Shown: positions 26,105-34,590 of the stretch, in pieces
How the letters are laid out: every line of letters begins with the position of its first letter
Position numbering within the stretch: the stretch's first letter is position 1
DNA from: a virus
Lineage: Duplodnaviria > Caudoviricetes
Reading direction: 5' to 3' (one strand)
DNA length: 64,000 nt
IMG/VR virus record: IMGVR_UViG_3300047160_009226
Location: 64,001 to 128,000 of that record
Notes under the pieces: generated by a model
Told to the model about the DNA's origin: nothing
Databases searched by the model: none
The model's input: only the letters and a program-made list of their open reading frames with translations
Translations under genes and position numbers: made by a program

Positions 26105-26180
26105 CGTGCTCAACTTCCTCTCAGTAAACTTGGACTGAATACCCTTCGAGCAGAGCCACACGACTCCGCTCTTGCAGTTC

Positions 26181-26209
26181 ACTATACTCTTCTCAAACGA
26201 TTTTTTCTC
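26181..26209 (-). promoter_or_regulatory. Phage promoter P9
   Basis: GAGAAA-N17-TATAGT; nearly identical to P10. Confidence 0.8.
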
Positions 26210-26233
26210 ATATTTTTCTACGATTTCGTAAAA

Positions 26234-26272
26234 AAGTAGTTCGGGAAGACACCGTCGTCCCCCCGAACTACT
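26234..26272 (-). terminator. Intrinsic terminator
   Basis: 12-bp perfect stem AAGTAGTTCGGG/CCCGAACTACTT with a T-run on the minus strand. Confidence 0.8.
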
Positions 26273-26276
26273 TACA

Positions 26277-26720
26277 TCAGACCTTCATCTGATCCACGAA
26301 ACCATTCCACTTCTTCACAATTGCCGCCTTGCTGGAAATCTGATACCTCGATCCCATCTTGATGCACAAGTCGTGCTTGAGCAGCCAAGACAAGATCACG
26401 TAGAAATCCCCGCTGCCGAACTCATCCGAGAGTGGCACGGTGCGGTTCGTTACCACACATCCATTAGAGACGTGCTCAAGAAAGTACCTCAGAGCCGTCT
26501 CCCGCAAGTACGCCTTTGCTCCATTACGATCACGGACCAGCGTGCCGCAAGTAGACCACGCATCACTCACTTCCTCTGCACGGACAGCAGGCAGCGTTGA
26601 CCGCAGTTGCGACAGTTTCCTGGACGCAATTTCGCGCTCGTGCACGGTGCCTCCATTAGCCATGGCCTCCACTCCCGCCATACGCCGCTCCAGCCGAGCA
26701 ATCCCCGAACTCTTTCGCAT
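26277..26720 (-). CDS. Hypothetical protein
   Basis: GGAGG SD; between P10 and a terminator. Confidence 0.7.
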   Translation of the reverse strand: MRKSSGIARLERRMAGVEAMANGGTVHEREIASRKLSQLRSTLPAVRAEEVSDAWSTCGTLVRDRNGAKAYLRETALRYFLEHVSNGCVVTNRTVPLSDEFGSGDFYVILSWLLKHDLCIKMGSRYQISSKAAIVKKWNGFVDQMKV

Positions 26721-26758
26721 CTATCCTCCAAATTGTGAATGAACAAACCGACCGTATT

Positions 26759-26787
26759 ACTATACTCTTCTCAAAAGATTTTTTCTC
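26759..26787 (-). promoter_or_regulatory. Phage promoter P10
   Basis: GAGAAA-N17-TATAGT. Confidence 0.8.
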
Positions 26788-26811
26788 AAGTTTTTCCATA
26801 AAATTACAAAA

Positions 26812-26842
26812 AATGGGTGGGACAATTTCTATCCCACCCATT
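26812..26842 (-). terminator. Intrinsic terminator
   Basis: 11-bp perfect stem AATGGGTGGGA/TCCCACCCATT followed by Ts on the minus strand. Confidence 0.8.
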
Positions 26843-26850
26843 CCCTTTCA

Positions 26851-27054
26851 TCAGTCTTCAAGACGGTCACGATAGATTTTGGTGATCCGCCACTTCAGCG
26901 ACCGTGGTCTGCGACCACCACGGTAACGACACTGAGCCTCCCCTTCGATTTCATGAGCCAGTTGACTAGCACTCAGCGTTCGCCCTTCCCCTTCATAGAG
27001 CGTGGCTTCATCCCTGATCGCAGCCTCAAGATCGCGAATCCTGACCTCGACCAT
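26851..27054 (-). CDS. Small hypothetical protein (MVEVRIRD...)
   Basis: GGAGG SD; its leader shares TCACAATTTGGAGG with the 26277..26720 gene. Confidence 0.65.
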   Translation of the reverse strand: MVEVRIRDLEAAIRDEATLYEGEGRTLSASQLAHEIEGEAQCRYRGGRRPRSLKWRITKIYRDRLED

Positions 27055-27097
27055 TCTTCTGTACCTCCAAATTGTGACAGAGCAAACTAACCATGCT

Positions 27098-27126
27098 ACT
27101 ATACTACACACATCGCACTTTTTTTC
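27098..27126 (-). promoter_or_regulatory. Phage promoter P11 (GAAAAA-N17-TATAGT)
   Basis: Consensus variant. Confidence 0.65.
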
Positions 27127-27140
27127 CAACTTTTTTTCTG

Positions 27141-28028
27141 CTACATTAATTTTGTCAGTGATTTTCCTACCGTAATATCAACAATCAAGGTAAAATCCGA
27201 ATGTGCGTTTTCTAGGCACTCTCGATAAACTGATGATATAAGTTCAACGTGCTCGTTTGGTGCAAATAGGTATGCTGAATACGGTGTGAGAGCAAAAATC
27301 TGAGACTCTAACCTACCAATTCTATAATCCTCGAAGAGATTGATGAACCCCATCTTTGCCAGATCCATTGCAGTCGATTCAATCGGAAATTCCACCACAA
27401 ACCTCGATCTCTCTGATTCAATTTCAGGAACTATAGCTGTCCGCCCAAATAATGAAGATACAATATTCTGTGACTTCGCCAAATTATGAATAAATGACTT
27501 AACGTCAATCCCTGAATCATTAGCAAGTTTTTGAACGACCTTCGATATAATGTCAGAATAAGTTGCCTTGATTAATATCCGATCTTGACGACTAATCGCC
27601 ATCAAAGATTCTTCAGGAAGATCATTCAGCGCCAATTCACTGATAGTAGTAATCTTCCCATTCATATCCAAATCATATTTCGGATAAAGTCCAAATGAAC
27701 GATCCAGTATCTTAGAATTCCCATTGGCTAAATCATAAACCTGCTGGAGTTTCCGGATCAAAGAACCGAGTACCCTGGACCCTAGAATTTGATTCAAAAC
27801 AAGCTCTGAATCTATCACTTGCATAGCTTGATGCCAATGATCATCAGAGTCAATATTAACTGTAAACCCAACTTTACGATTAATTGTTTGCTTCTGTTCG
27901 GCTAGTTGCCTCTGAAACCCTTGGATCATACCTAGTAATTTCTTTTCATCTAACGAGATTCCCGTCTCTGCAAGACTTTGAAATAAGGGCCTCATACCCG
28001 CATCGATCCTTTTATAATTCATGCGCAA
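27141..28028 (-). CDS. Catalytically inactive, fingers-less family A DNA polymerase homolog
   Basis: Collinear similarity to PolA thumb and palm; motif A reads ATYSDII, motif C reads TPYS, motif B absent. Confidence 0.75.
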   Translation of the reverse strand: MRMNYKRIDAGMRPLFQSLAETGISLDEKKLLGMIQGFQRQLAEQKQTINRKVGFTVNIDSDDHWHQAMQVIDSELVLNQILGSRVLGSLIRKLQQVYDLANGNSKILDRSFGLYPKYDLDMNGKITTISELALNDLPEESLMAISRQDRILIKATYSDIISKVVQKLANDSGIDVKSFIHNLAKSQNIVSSLFGRTAIVPEIESERSRFVVEFPIESTAMDLAKMGFINLFEDYRIGRLESQIFALTPYSAYLFAPNEHVELISSVYRECLENAHSDFTLIVDITVGKSLTKLM

Positions 28029-28033
28029 CTATC

Positions 28034-28264
28034 TCACTTGAGAAGTGGTGCTCTGCCCATCACACGGTTGGCTAACTCCTGCTCAACCGCATCAAACTCA
28101 TCTTGATCTTCCGGTGTTGAAACATGATCCGCTAAGTATACCCCTCTGGCCGTAAGATCTCGGATATGAACAGAGGTGATCTGCCATAATAAAATCGGAA
28201 TTTTACCTAAAGCTTGAAATTCTGCCAGAACTTCTTCAGGTGTCGGGTTGGTTGTCTCGGCCAT
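28034..28264 (-). CDS. Small hypothetical protein
   Basis: 76 aa, AAGGA SD. Confidence 0.6.
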   Translation of the reverse strand: MAETTNPTPEEVLAEFQALGKIPILLWQITSVHIRDLTARGVYLADHVSTPEDQDEFDAVEQELANRVMGRAPLLK

Positions 28265-28267
28265 CCT

Positions 28268-28552
28268 TTATCTCCCCTGGATAAATTCCCAGTCTTGACC
28301 CATCACGTCTTCAATAGATGGGCACCATCCAAAAATAGCTGTCTCGCTGTTCATAATTAGGCTCATCCCAAACGTCAGGAATTCGGGCTGCTTTATACCA
28401 CCATCATCATATTTAACGACTGCCATCGGAGCCCCTCCTGTATCCACTCCTAAAAGGAGGTGCATGTTCGGTGACCATATTCTCCTGCGTACCCTAATTT
28501 GAGTATCATTCTCCATCGCGATATAACTTTCGCACATGGACTTAAAAGTCAT
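28268..28552 (-). CDS. DUF2829 / Tad2-like anti-defence protein
   Basis: MTF...VRRRIW...MHL...GWCPSIEDVMGQDWEF fits the DUF2829 pattern; 94 aa. Confidence 0.65.
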   Translation of the reverse strand: MTFKSMCESYIAMENDTQIRVRRRIWSPNMHLLLGVDTGGAPMAVVKYDDGGIKQPEFLTFGMSLIMNSETAIFGWCPSIEDVMGQDWEFIQGR

Positions 28553-28692
28553 AATATGCTCCTGAAAAATAAAAAAAGAGGCCTACGTCCCTCCATGAGA
28601 CCCAGGCCATAAAATAAATCTCCATGACTCCATTACTTCCTAAAATAAAAAGATCTTTACACCGCCTCTAATTCAACGTCCTTCACAAGCTG

Positions 28693-29244
28693 TTAATATA
28701 CAGTCGGCTCACTAGGTAAAGACCGATAGGTTTGAAGATCCTTCAAAATCCCCATCAACCTATTGATCCCTTCGGGAGTACCAGCACGTCGATCAATATA
28801 TCTCACGTCAGTAATTCGATGCCCACATCGCAATTCATCTTTCACTTTATCCTCATCCCATCCATAAGGAAGTGGATCAGGTAGAATCAAAAACGGGACA
28901 TCACGAAACCTCTCCTCCTTGAAATCGACATATCCTGTAGGAATGGCATTGTCACCCGCTCCCGACCAGAGATCAGCTGGATCAATATTCCATGCCTCAG
29001 CTAAGAGATTAAGCCCATGCCCTTCCCAGAGATGGTAATGCCACTCTTTGGGATCTCCTGATCCTTTTAACATCTTCCACTCACCATTCGGCAAAGGAAA
29101 CCATAAGAAACTTTCAAAACACGGATTGTCATAATGAGCAGCATTACGCCGAATCACACGCCGTAATCGCTCCATTCTTTCATCATCCCTTCCCTCACCA
29201 ACTCTCATCTCATTAATCTCCCTCGAATTTAAATGCTGAGTCAT
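28693..29244 (-). CDS. Hypothetical protein
   Basis: ATG after GGGG SD, downstream of P12. Confidence 0.65.
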   Translation of the reverse strand: MTQHLNSREINEMRVGEGRDDERMERLRRVIRRNAAHYDNPCFESFLWFPLPNGEWKMLKGSGDPKEWHYHLWEGHGLNLLAEAWNIDPADLWSGAGDNAIPTGYVDFKEERFRDVPFLILPDPLPYGWDEDKVKDELRCGHRITDVRYIDRRAGTPEGINRLMGILKDLQTYRSLPSEPTVY

Positions 29245-29278
29245 GATAATTTCCCCTTTAAAAAAGAAAGTCACATAT

Positions 29279-29307
29279 ACTATACTACAAACTAAGTCGA
29301 ATTTCTA
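29279..29307 (-). promoter_or_regulatory. Phage promoter P12 (TAGAAA-N17-TATAGT)
   Basis: Consensus variant overlapped by a 12-bp hairpin. Confidence 0.7.
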
Positions 29308-29360
29308 CGGAAATTCGACTTTTTCTTTTCTATTTAGTACCTTAAGCCAGGTAATCCTTC

Positions 29361-29762
29361 TTATTCATCTCGGAGTTTCACCCCTGGTTTAGGAAGAAAA
29401 TCAGAAGGAATACCCTCGAATCTGAAGGGTCGAATAGCCTGGATTTGATCATGATAATCAATATCGACAATCCAAAGTGTGTCTACATTCAGTGCGGTAT
29501 ACAGGTCAATAGAATTATTACAAATATTATCTACAGTAGAAAAATCAATTGGTACCACTACATAAGTATGTTGTTTTTCCTCCAATCGAGAAAAAAGAAA
29601 GTAAACTAGATGAAGACGATTCGTCCTATCACGGATCAAATAGATCATAGGAGCCATGTCGGGGTCGTAGAGAACTATTTCTGGTATCAGGTCCTTAAAA
29701 GGACTCTCCATCAAAGGTGGAGTTTCATCCAACCAAGATGAATCTACTGTCGAGGAATCCAT
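29361..29762 (-). CDS. Hypothetical protein (DUF6575-like)
   Basis: VLYD.DM.PMIYL.RD...YVVVPID...LP.PG pattern; weak. Confidence 0.35.
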   Translation of the reverse strand: MDSSTVDSSWLDETPPLMESPFKDLIPEIVLYDPDMAPMIYLIRDRTNRLHLVYFLFSRLEEKQHTYVVVPIDFSTVDNICNNSIDLYTALNVDTLWIVDIDYHDQIQAIRPFRFEGIPSDFLPKPGVKLRDE

Positions 29763-29788
29763 TTTCTGCTCCTAGATTCAAAATTACC

Positions 29789-31039
29789 TCAACGATAATA
29801 CTGAACTTCGTCAATAAACCTAGTTGCTGCGGTATAGGACCATCGCTTAACGTCCGTATCTCTATGACATTCTTCTAGTACTTTACCTCTACTGTACTCG
29901 CTCCCCATCGCTTTGTGAGCAGTGCTCGCATAGGCGAAGTCCAGAAAGACTACATCCCGATATCCATCCCTGTAAAATCGAGTCGAATACGAAAGATCAA
30001 TCTTATCTCGACCAAACTGGTCCTTAACAGCAATGACATTATATATTGCACCGTTATCATCCAAGATCATTCTCAGAAGTTCATCACCCTCTGGCTGGAT
30101 GCTGTTGACAATGAAGTGTTGTCCATTAAAAAGACCAATATCACGGTGGTTATAAAGACATGTCACCTTCTCTCCAACATTAGGAACAGATCCAAGATAA
30201 CCTCTGGCATTGCGGACCACCTTATTCACCCCATGCCTGGTACGATTAAAACCAACGATGATTTTATCACAATTAGGATCAACCACATCCTTCCAGAATG
30301 CACTCCGTGGTGCTATCATAACTCCAGGGCATTTTCCGAACCGAATCGGCTTACCAGTACGTAATGCATGAGCGAACTGAAGAATGTTCGAACCCAATGC
30401 TTGTCGCCTGGGTTCCTCCAATTTGATCCTGGGATTGTACATCAGGTCAATCGTATCGCCTCCAATAGCCTGCAGTTGACCATGGTCTCCAATAGCAATG
30501 ATCCGAATATGTGGAAATGACAAGAGGTCGTCATAATACTGCTTTGAGAGGATCTGAGCCTCATCAATAATGATGATCTCATAACCAAGGGAGTAATTCT
30601 TAGTAAAAATCAATCGTCTCTGTTTTTTGCTCTCGTCATCATCTTTAGTATAAAGACAAGAATGAATCGTTTCAGGTCGATTGATTCCTTTCTTTTTCAG
30701 AACATCCACAGCCTGTCCTGTCAAAGAAACTACATTACACCTTAATCCCAACGCCTGGATATACGCCTGGATGTGAGAGATCAAAAAAGTTTTTCCCGTA
30801 CCGGCCAAGCCACCCACTGAAAAGACTCGATCATCAATATCAGGGTGAATAATCCAGTCTATTACGTCGTCTCGTGCAGCTTTCTGTTCACCTTCGAGAT
30901 CTATGCCTGGAGTTGGACTGTTCATTTCCAGAAACGGCTTAGAAAGCCGTCTGATCACAAAATCCTGAAAATGAATCGTCGACGTTTTTCCAGGATAACG
31001 ACTGTAGTCAAAATTCTGTGGTACATGAATCTTGGACAT
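29789..31039 (-). CDS. Dda/RecD2-like SF1B DNA helicase
   Basis: GLAGTGKT, IIIDEA, IGDHGQL, FAYASTAHKAMGSEY, YTAATR. Confidence 0.9.
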   Translation of the reverse strand: MSKIHVPQNFDYSRYPGKTSTIHFQDFVIRRLSKPFLEMNSPTPGIDLEGEQKAARDDVIDWIIHPDIDDRVFSVGGLAGTGKTFLISHIQAYIQALGLRCNVVSLTGQAVDVLKKKGINRPETIHSCLYTKDDDESKKQRRLIFTKNYSLGYEIIIIDEAQILSKQYYDDLLSFPHIRIIAIGDHGQLQAIGGDTIDLMYNPRIKLEEPRRQALGSNILQFAHALRTGKPIRFGKCPGVMIAPRSAFWKDVVDPNCDKIIVGFNRTRHGVNKVVRNARGYLGSVPNVGEKVTCLYNHRDIGLFNGQHFIVNSIQPEGDELLRMILDDNGAIYNVIAVKDQFGRDKIDLSYSTRFYRDGYRDVVFLDFAYASTAHKAMGSEYSRGKVLEECHRDTDVKRWSYTAATRFIDEVQYYR

Positions 31040-31080
31040 TGGAAAATTGATTCCTTAAAAAACTTCAAATCTATGATCAC

Positions 31081-32388
31081 CTACCTCCGATGTTCCTTAA
31101 GCATCCAAATCTCACCATCTATTATAAACTCAATGCCTTCTCTACTTGTAAAGTCACGTACAGCCCTTCCTACCTCTGGCCAAGATGCATAGTCATCACC
31201 GCATACAATTGAGTTTGGAAAAAGTCGGTATATTAAATTTAACTGTGCAAAAACAGACTCGTAAGAATGATTCGCGTCCACATAGATAAGATCGGGAACT
31301 ATTGCATGCTCAGCGACAATCCAAAGCCCATTCAATGTATCCATTCTCAAAGGAATAATCCGATCACGATAATACCAGAGATTGTGACAAAAAGTCTCGT
31401 AAAGAATTGGTATTTTATGTTCCCGTCTCTTAACCAACTCCAGTGAATCGCCTCTCCATGTATCATTTGCAATAACCAAGGCATTGGAATGCTCCAGAAA
31501 AAACTTAGTCGATCCAGCTCCAACCCATGAGCCAAGTTCCAATATCACCGACATCGGCCGCTCAAGCAGTTTACTGAAAAATCGAGCAGCGGTGTCTCTC
31601 AAAAAATGTTCCCCATCTGGTTCTACACTAGGCCTAACATCCGGCCATGGATTCTTCGCTGCCAACTCATAAGTCTGATAACGACGATGTGCTCGTTCTC
31701 CAAGAACCATCGGAATTTGAGGTGATAGTTCCAGTACTTCATAAATCTTAGTCATATCTGTACATGCAGACAAATGAATCGCACATGGAACAGAGAAAGT
31801 ATGTTTATTGTACACTAAATGATCTCGATACCCCAAATCCTCATCAACATAATTGTAATTAGAAGAAGTCACAAGTACATTTTTATAATCAATCGTTGCT
31901 TTAGTCTGATTTTCAGCGTGCCATTTATAAAACATCCTCTGATCATCATCATCATCTTCACCACCTTCCCACATCTCATCAATCATATTTCTAGCATTAC
32001 CAACACGAGCCATCCAAAATCCACCATTCAATGATCGATAAAGCGAATTCGGAGTCTTTGGTAATATTTCATTACTAATATCAGAATATCCAATTCCCAT
32101 CTCGGCCGAAATGACCACTGGCTTCCGATATGACAAAAAAGCATTGACTACTGCTTTAGATCCTTTCTGAAAAACCACGTCGTAACAATCACTTACCACG
32201 ATCAATTCATCGTCACTCAAGTTATCAAGTTGCTCTCTCACTAAACGAATCTTATGATTCCACCCTTCCCATTTCTGGCCCATCCCCAATACTCGCGGTT
32301 CGATACCATGTCTGGCACAACTAGCAAGATACTGTGGAAATCCTCGTACAGAATCCGTTGCTAAAGTGAAAAAAGTCACTTTCTTCAT
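31081..32388 (-). CDS. PLOD-like glycosyltransferase fused to a class I SAM methyltransferase
   Basis: VLGMGQKW...VVSDCYDVV...ISAE...LNGG...DDQ; C-terminal LELGSWVG...IYVDANH...GDDY. Confidence 0.8.
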   Translation of the reverse strand: MKKVTFFTLATDSVRGFPQYLASCARHGIEPRVLGMGQKWEGWNHKIRLVREQLDNLSDDELIVVSDCYDVVFQKGSKAVVNAFLSYRKPVVISAEMGIGYSDISNEILPKTPNSLYRSLNGGFWMARVGNARNMIDEMWEGGEDDDDDQRMFYKWHAENQTKATIDYKNVLVTSSNYNYVDEDLGYRDHLVYNKHTFSVPCAIHLSACTDMTKIYEVLELSPQIPMVLGERAHRRYQTYELAAKNPWPDVRPSVEPDGEHFLRDTAARFFSKLLERPMSVILELGSWVGAGSTKFFLEHSNALVIANDTWRGDSLELVKRREHKIPILYETFCHNLWYYRDRIIPLRMDTLNGLWIVAEHAIVPDLIYVDANHSYESVFAQLNLIYRLFPNSIVCGDDYASWPEVGRAVRDFTSREGIEFIIDGEIWMLKEHRR

Positions 32389-32408
32389 GCATCAATTCCT
32401 GAGATAAG

Positions 32409-33782
32409 CTATTGCTTTTTTAAATAGTCCCTCGAATCCAAGCTCGATTTATCAGTGCCATAATGAATAGCCAGCTCATCGAGCGACTTACGATTACTCA
32501 TTAGGACCGTCTCCATCTGATCTACTGTTCGTTTCTTAATCATCCAAATCTCATCACTTACCACAGGAGTTATAGAATGATTCTTAGTGAATCCTAACAC
32601 ATCTTGTCTAACAGATTGAAAATTAAACTTATTTCCAAAAATCATTGACTTAGGAAACAACCTATAAATCAAATCTAGCTGCTCCAATACATCCTCACTG
32701 GAATAATCGACATCCATATAAATCACATCCGGTATGACCTTGTACTCAGCGACCTTATGTAATCCATCTGTAATATTCATTGATAGAGGTACAACTCGAT
32801 CTCGCTCGCTCCACAAATTACAACAAAACTTGTCGTATAGATCATCCTCCCAAGAGTCATTACAAATTAACAGAGCATTTGAATGAGCTAGAAAAAACTT
32901 TGTAAAACCTAATCCATCCCCAGAACCTAACTCAAGTATAACAGACGCTTCACCGAGTGACTTACGAAAGACCCTTTCATTCTCTGCACCGAAGTAAGCC
33001 CCATTACTCGATTTCATCCCCGGCATAACAGCAGGCCAGGGATGATCTGCAGCTAGCATATAAGCTTGATGGCGACGATAACTCGGCTCATCCGAAGACA
33101 TCTCACTCTGACTGGGAATTTTGAGTGCCTCATAGACGCCGTTCATATTCCACCAATTCGTTCCATGAATCGCACAAGGAATACTACCGGTATGTTTGTT
33201 AAAAATAACTCCTTTGCTATTACATTGAATGTTGTTCTCAGTGTAATGTGTAGTTGTTGACAAGAGATTTTTATAATCAACGATAGCCTTGTCTCGATTT
33301 ATAGAATACCATTGCTGAAACACACCTTGATCGTTCTCATAAGCACTATCGCTCAGTCTATCTCCATATGCCTCATCAATGATCCTCTTAGCGTCATCAA
33401 CATGAGCAACCCAGACTCCAGAATTAAGTGATCGATAACGCGGAATCGGCGTCTCAGGAAGAATTGTATTTTCATAAGGCCATCCAGAATAAGCCTCAGA
33501 AGAAAACACAAAAGGTTTACCATATGACTTGAAATCATGTACCATCTTTCCTGTCCCTGTTTGAAAAACAACGTCGTAAGAATCTGTGAAAATTACAAGA
33601 TCTCTCCCTTCTAAACAGTTCAACTGTTCTCTCACCCGTTGAATCTTTTGACTAAGCCCCACCCATGGTTGCCCCATCCCTAACACTCGTGGCACAATCC
33701 CATTCCGGATACAACTCGTCAAATACTGTGCGAATCCTCTCTCTGGCTTTGTCGCAAACGTAAAAACGACAACCCGCTCCAT
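32409..33782 (-). CDS. Tandem paralog: PLOD-like glycosyltransferase + degenerate methyltransferase
   Basis: FTDSYDVV, SSEA, LNSG, NDQ; methyltransferase motifs eroded (MDVDY, FGNKF). Confidence 0.75.
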   Translation of the reverse strand: MERVVVFTFATKPERGFAQYLTSCIRNGIVPRVLGMGQPWVGLSQKIQRVREQLNCLEGRDLVIFTDSYDVVFQTGTGKMVHDFKSYGKPFVFSSEAYSGWPYENTILPETPIPRYRSLNSGVWVAHVDDAKRIIDEAYGDRLSDSAYENDQGVFQQWYSINRDKAIVDYKNLLSTTTHYTENNIQCNSKGVIFNKHTGSIPCAIHGTNWWNMNGVYEALKIPSQSEMSSDEPSYRRHQAYMLAADHPWPAVMPGMKSSNGAYFGAENERVFRKSLGEASVILELGSGDGLGFTKFFLAHSNALLICNDSWEDDLYDKFCCNLWSERDRVVPLSMNITDGLHKVAEYKVIPDVIYMDVDYSSEDVLEQLDLIYRLFPKSMIFGNKFNFQSVRQDVLGFTKNHSITPVVSDEIWMIKKRTVDQMETVLMSNRKSLDELAIHYGTDKSSLDSRDYLKKQ

Positions 33783-33785
33783 ACC

Positions 33786-34229
33786 TTAGTTCCTGAGGTA
33801 TGACATCGCCAATTGCCACACTCTCTCGAATCCTAGTCGGTTATCGTTATCAGAGACATCTTGCCACTCTCCTATAGTGCTTCCGTGAATTTGTGCTAGC
33901 CAAGTTCTCTCCTCATCATCAGAATAAAGAGTTCCAATTAAAACCCGTACAGCTTTCTCTTTTTCCTCCATCACGTAGAAGCCCTCGTAGCCGACAAATA
34001 ACTCAGAAAGTTTGAACCGTCGAATCAAATCGGCTATAGAGGAAAGTAGACTTGCATGAAGTTTCTCGACGTCCTCCTCTTCGAATAATGGTCGCATCAC
34101 CTGGATGATCCCGTCTTTTTCAAAAACAACCATCGGAGTTTTCACAGTCCCATGGATTTCAAACAACTTCTCCAAGGATAACTTGCCTATTTCATCAAAA
34201 TAAACTTCACCCACTCTTGTCCTCATCAA
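33786..34229 (-). CDS. Hypothetical protein
   Basis: 147-aa ORF in the operon. Confidence 0.6.
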   Translation of the reverse strand: MMRTRVGEVYFDEIGKLSLEKLFEIHGTVKTPMVVFEKDGIIQVMRPLFEEEDVEKLHASLLSSIADLIRRFKLSELFVGYEGFYVMEEKEKAVRVLIGTLYSDDEERTWLAQIHGSTIGEWQDVSDNDNRLGFERVWQLAMSYLRN

Positions 34230-34500
34230 AAAAGATTGTCACCGTAGAAAGGGACATATGGAGGTTCATCCAATCGGTTAGCTCATCCACTACATCCTGT
34301 GGGCATTCTGGTGACTTGTAAATTGTTACTCGATCCCATTCTCCCTTTATCAAGAAAGACTTGAGGTGCTTCTGACCCTTGAATTCCTTAACTGTCGCAC
34401 CTTCATGTACGACAGGTCGTTGCTCCCCGATATAAATATCGAGACTATGAACCTCTGGTTCCTGCTCTTCCACGTCGCTCGCAAAAAACATCAATGGCAT
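34207..34500 (-). CDS. Hypothetical protein
   Basis: 97 aa, downstream of P13. Confidence 0.6.
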   Translation of the reverse strand: MPLMFFASDVEEQEPEVHSLDIYIGEQRPVVHEGATVKEFKGQKHLKSFLIKGEWDRVTIYKSPECPQDVVDELTDWMNLHMSLSTVTIFFDEDKSG

Positions 34501-34560
34501 GGTACCCTTCTCATTCTTGATCTAACGCTCCACAATCAAAAAAGGAACTCTCCCCTTTTG

Positions 34561-34590
34561 ACTATACTCTAACCCTAGGGCCATTTTCTC
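34561..34590 (-). promoter_or_regulatory. Phage promoter P13 (N18 spacer), overlapping the stop of the upstream gene
   Basis: GAGAAA-N18-TATAGT. Confidence 0.6.
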
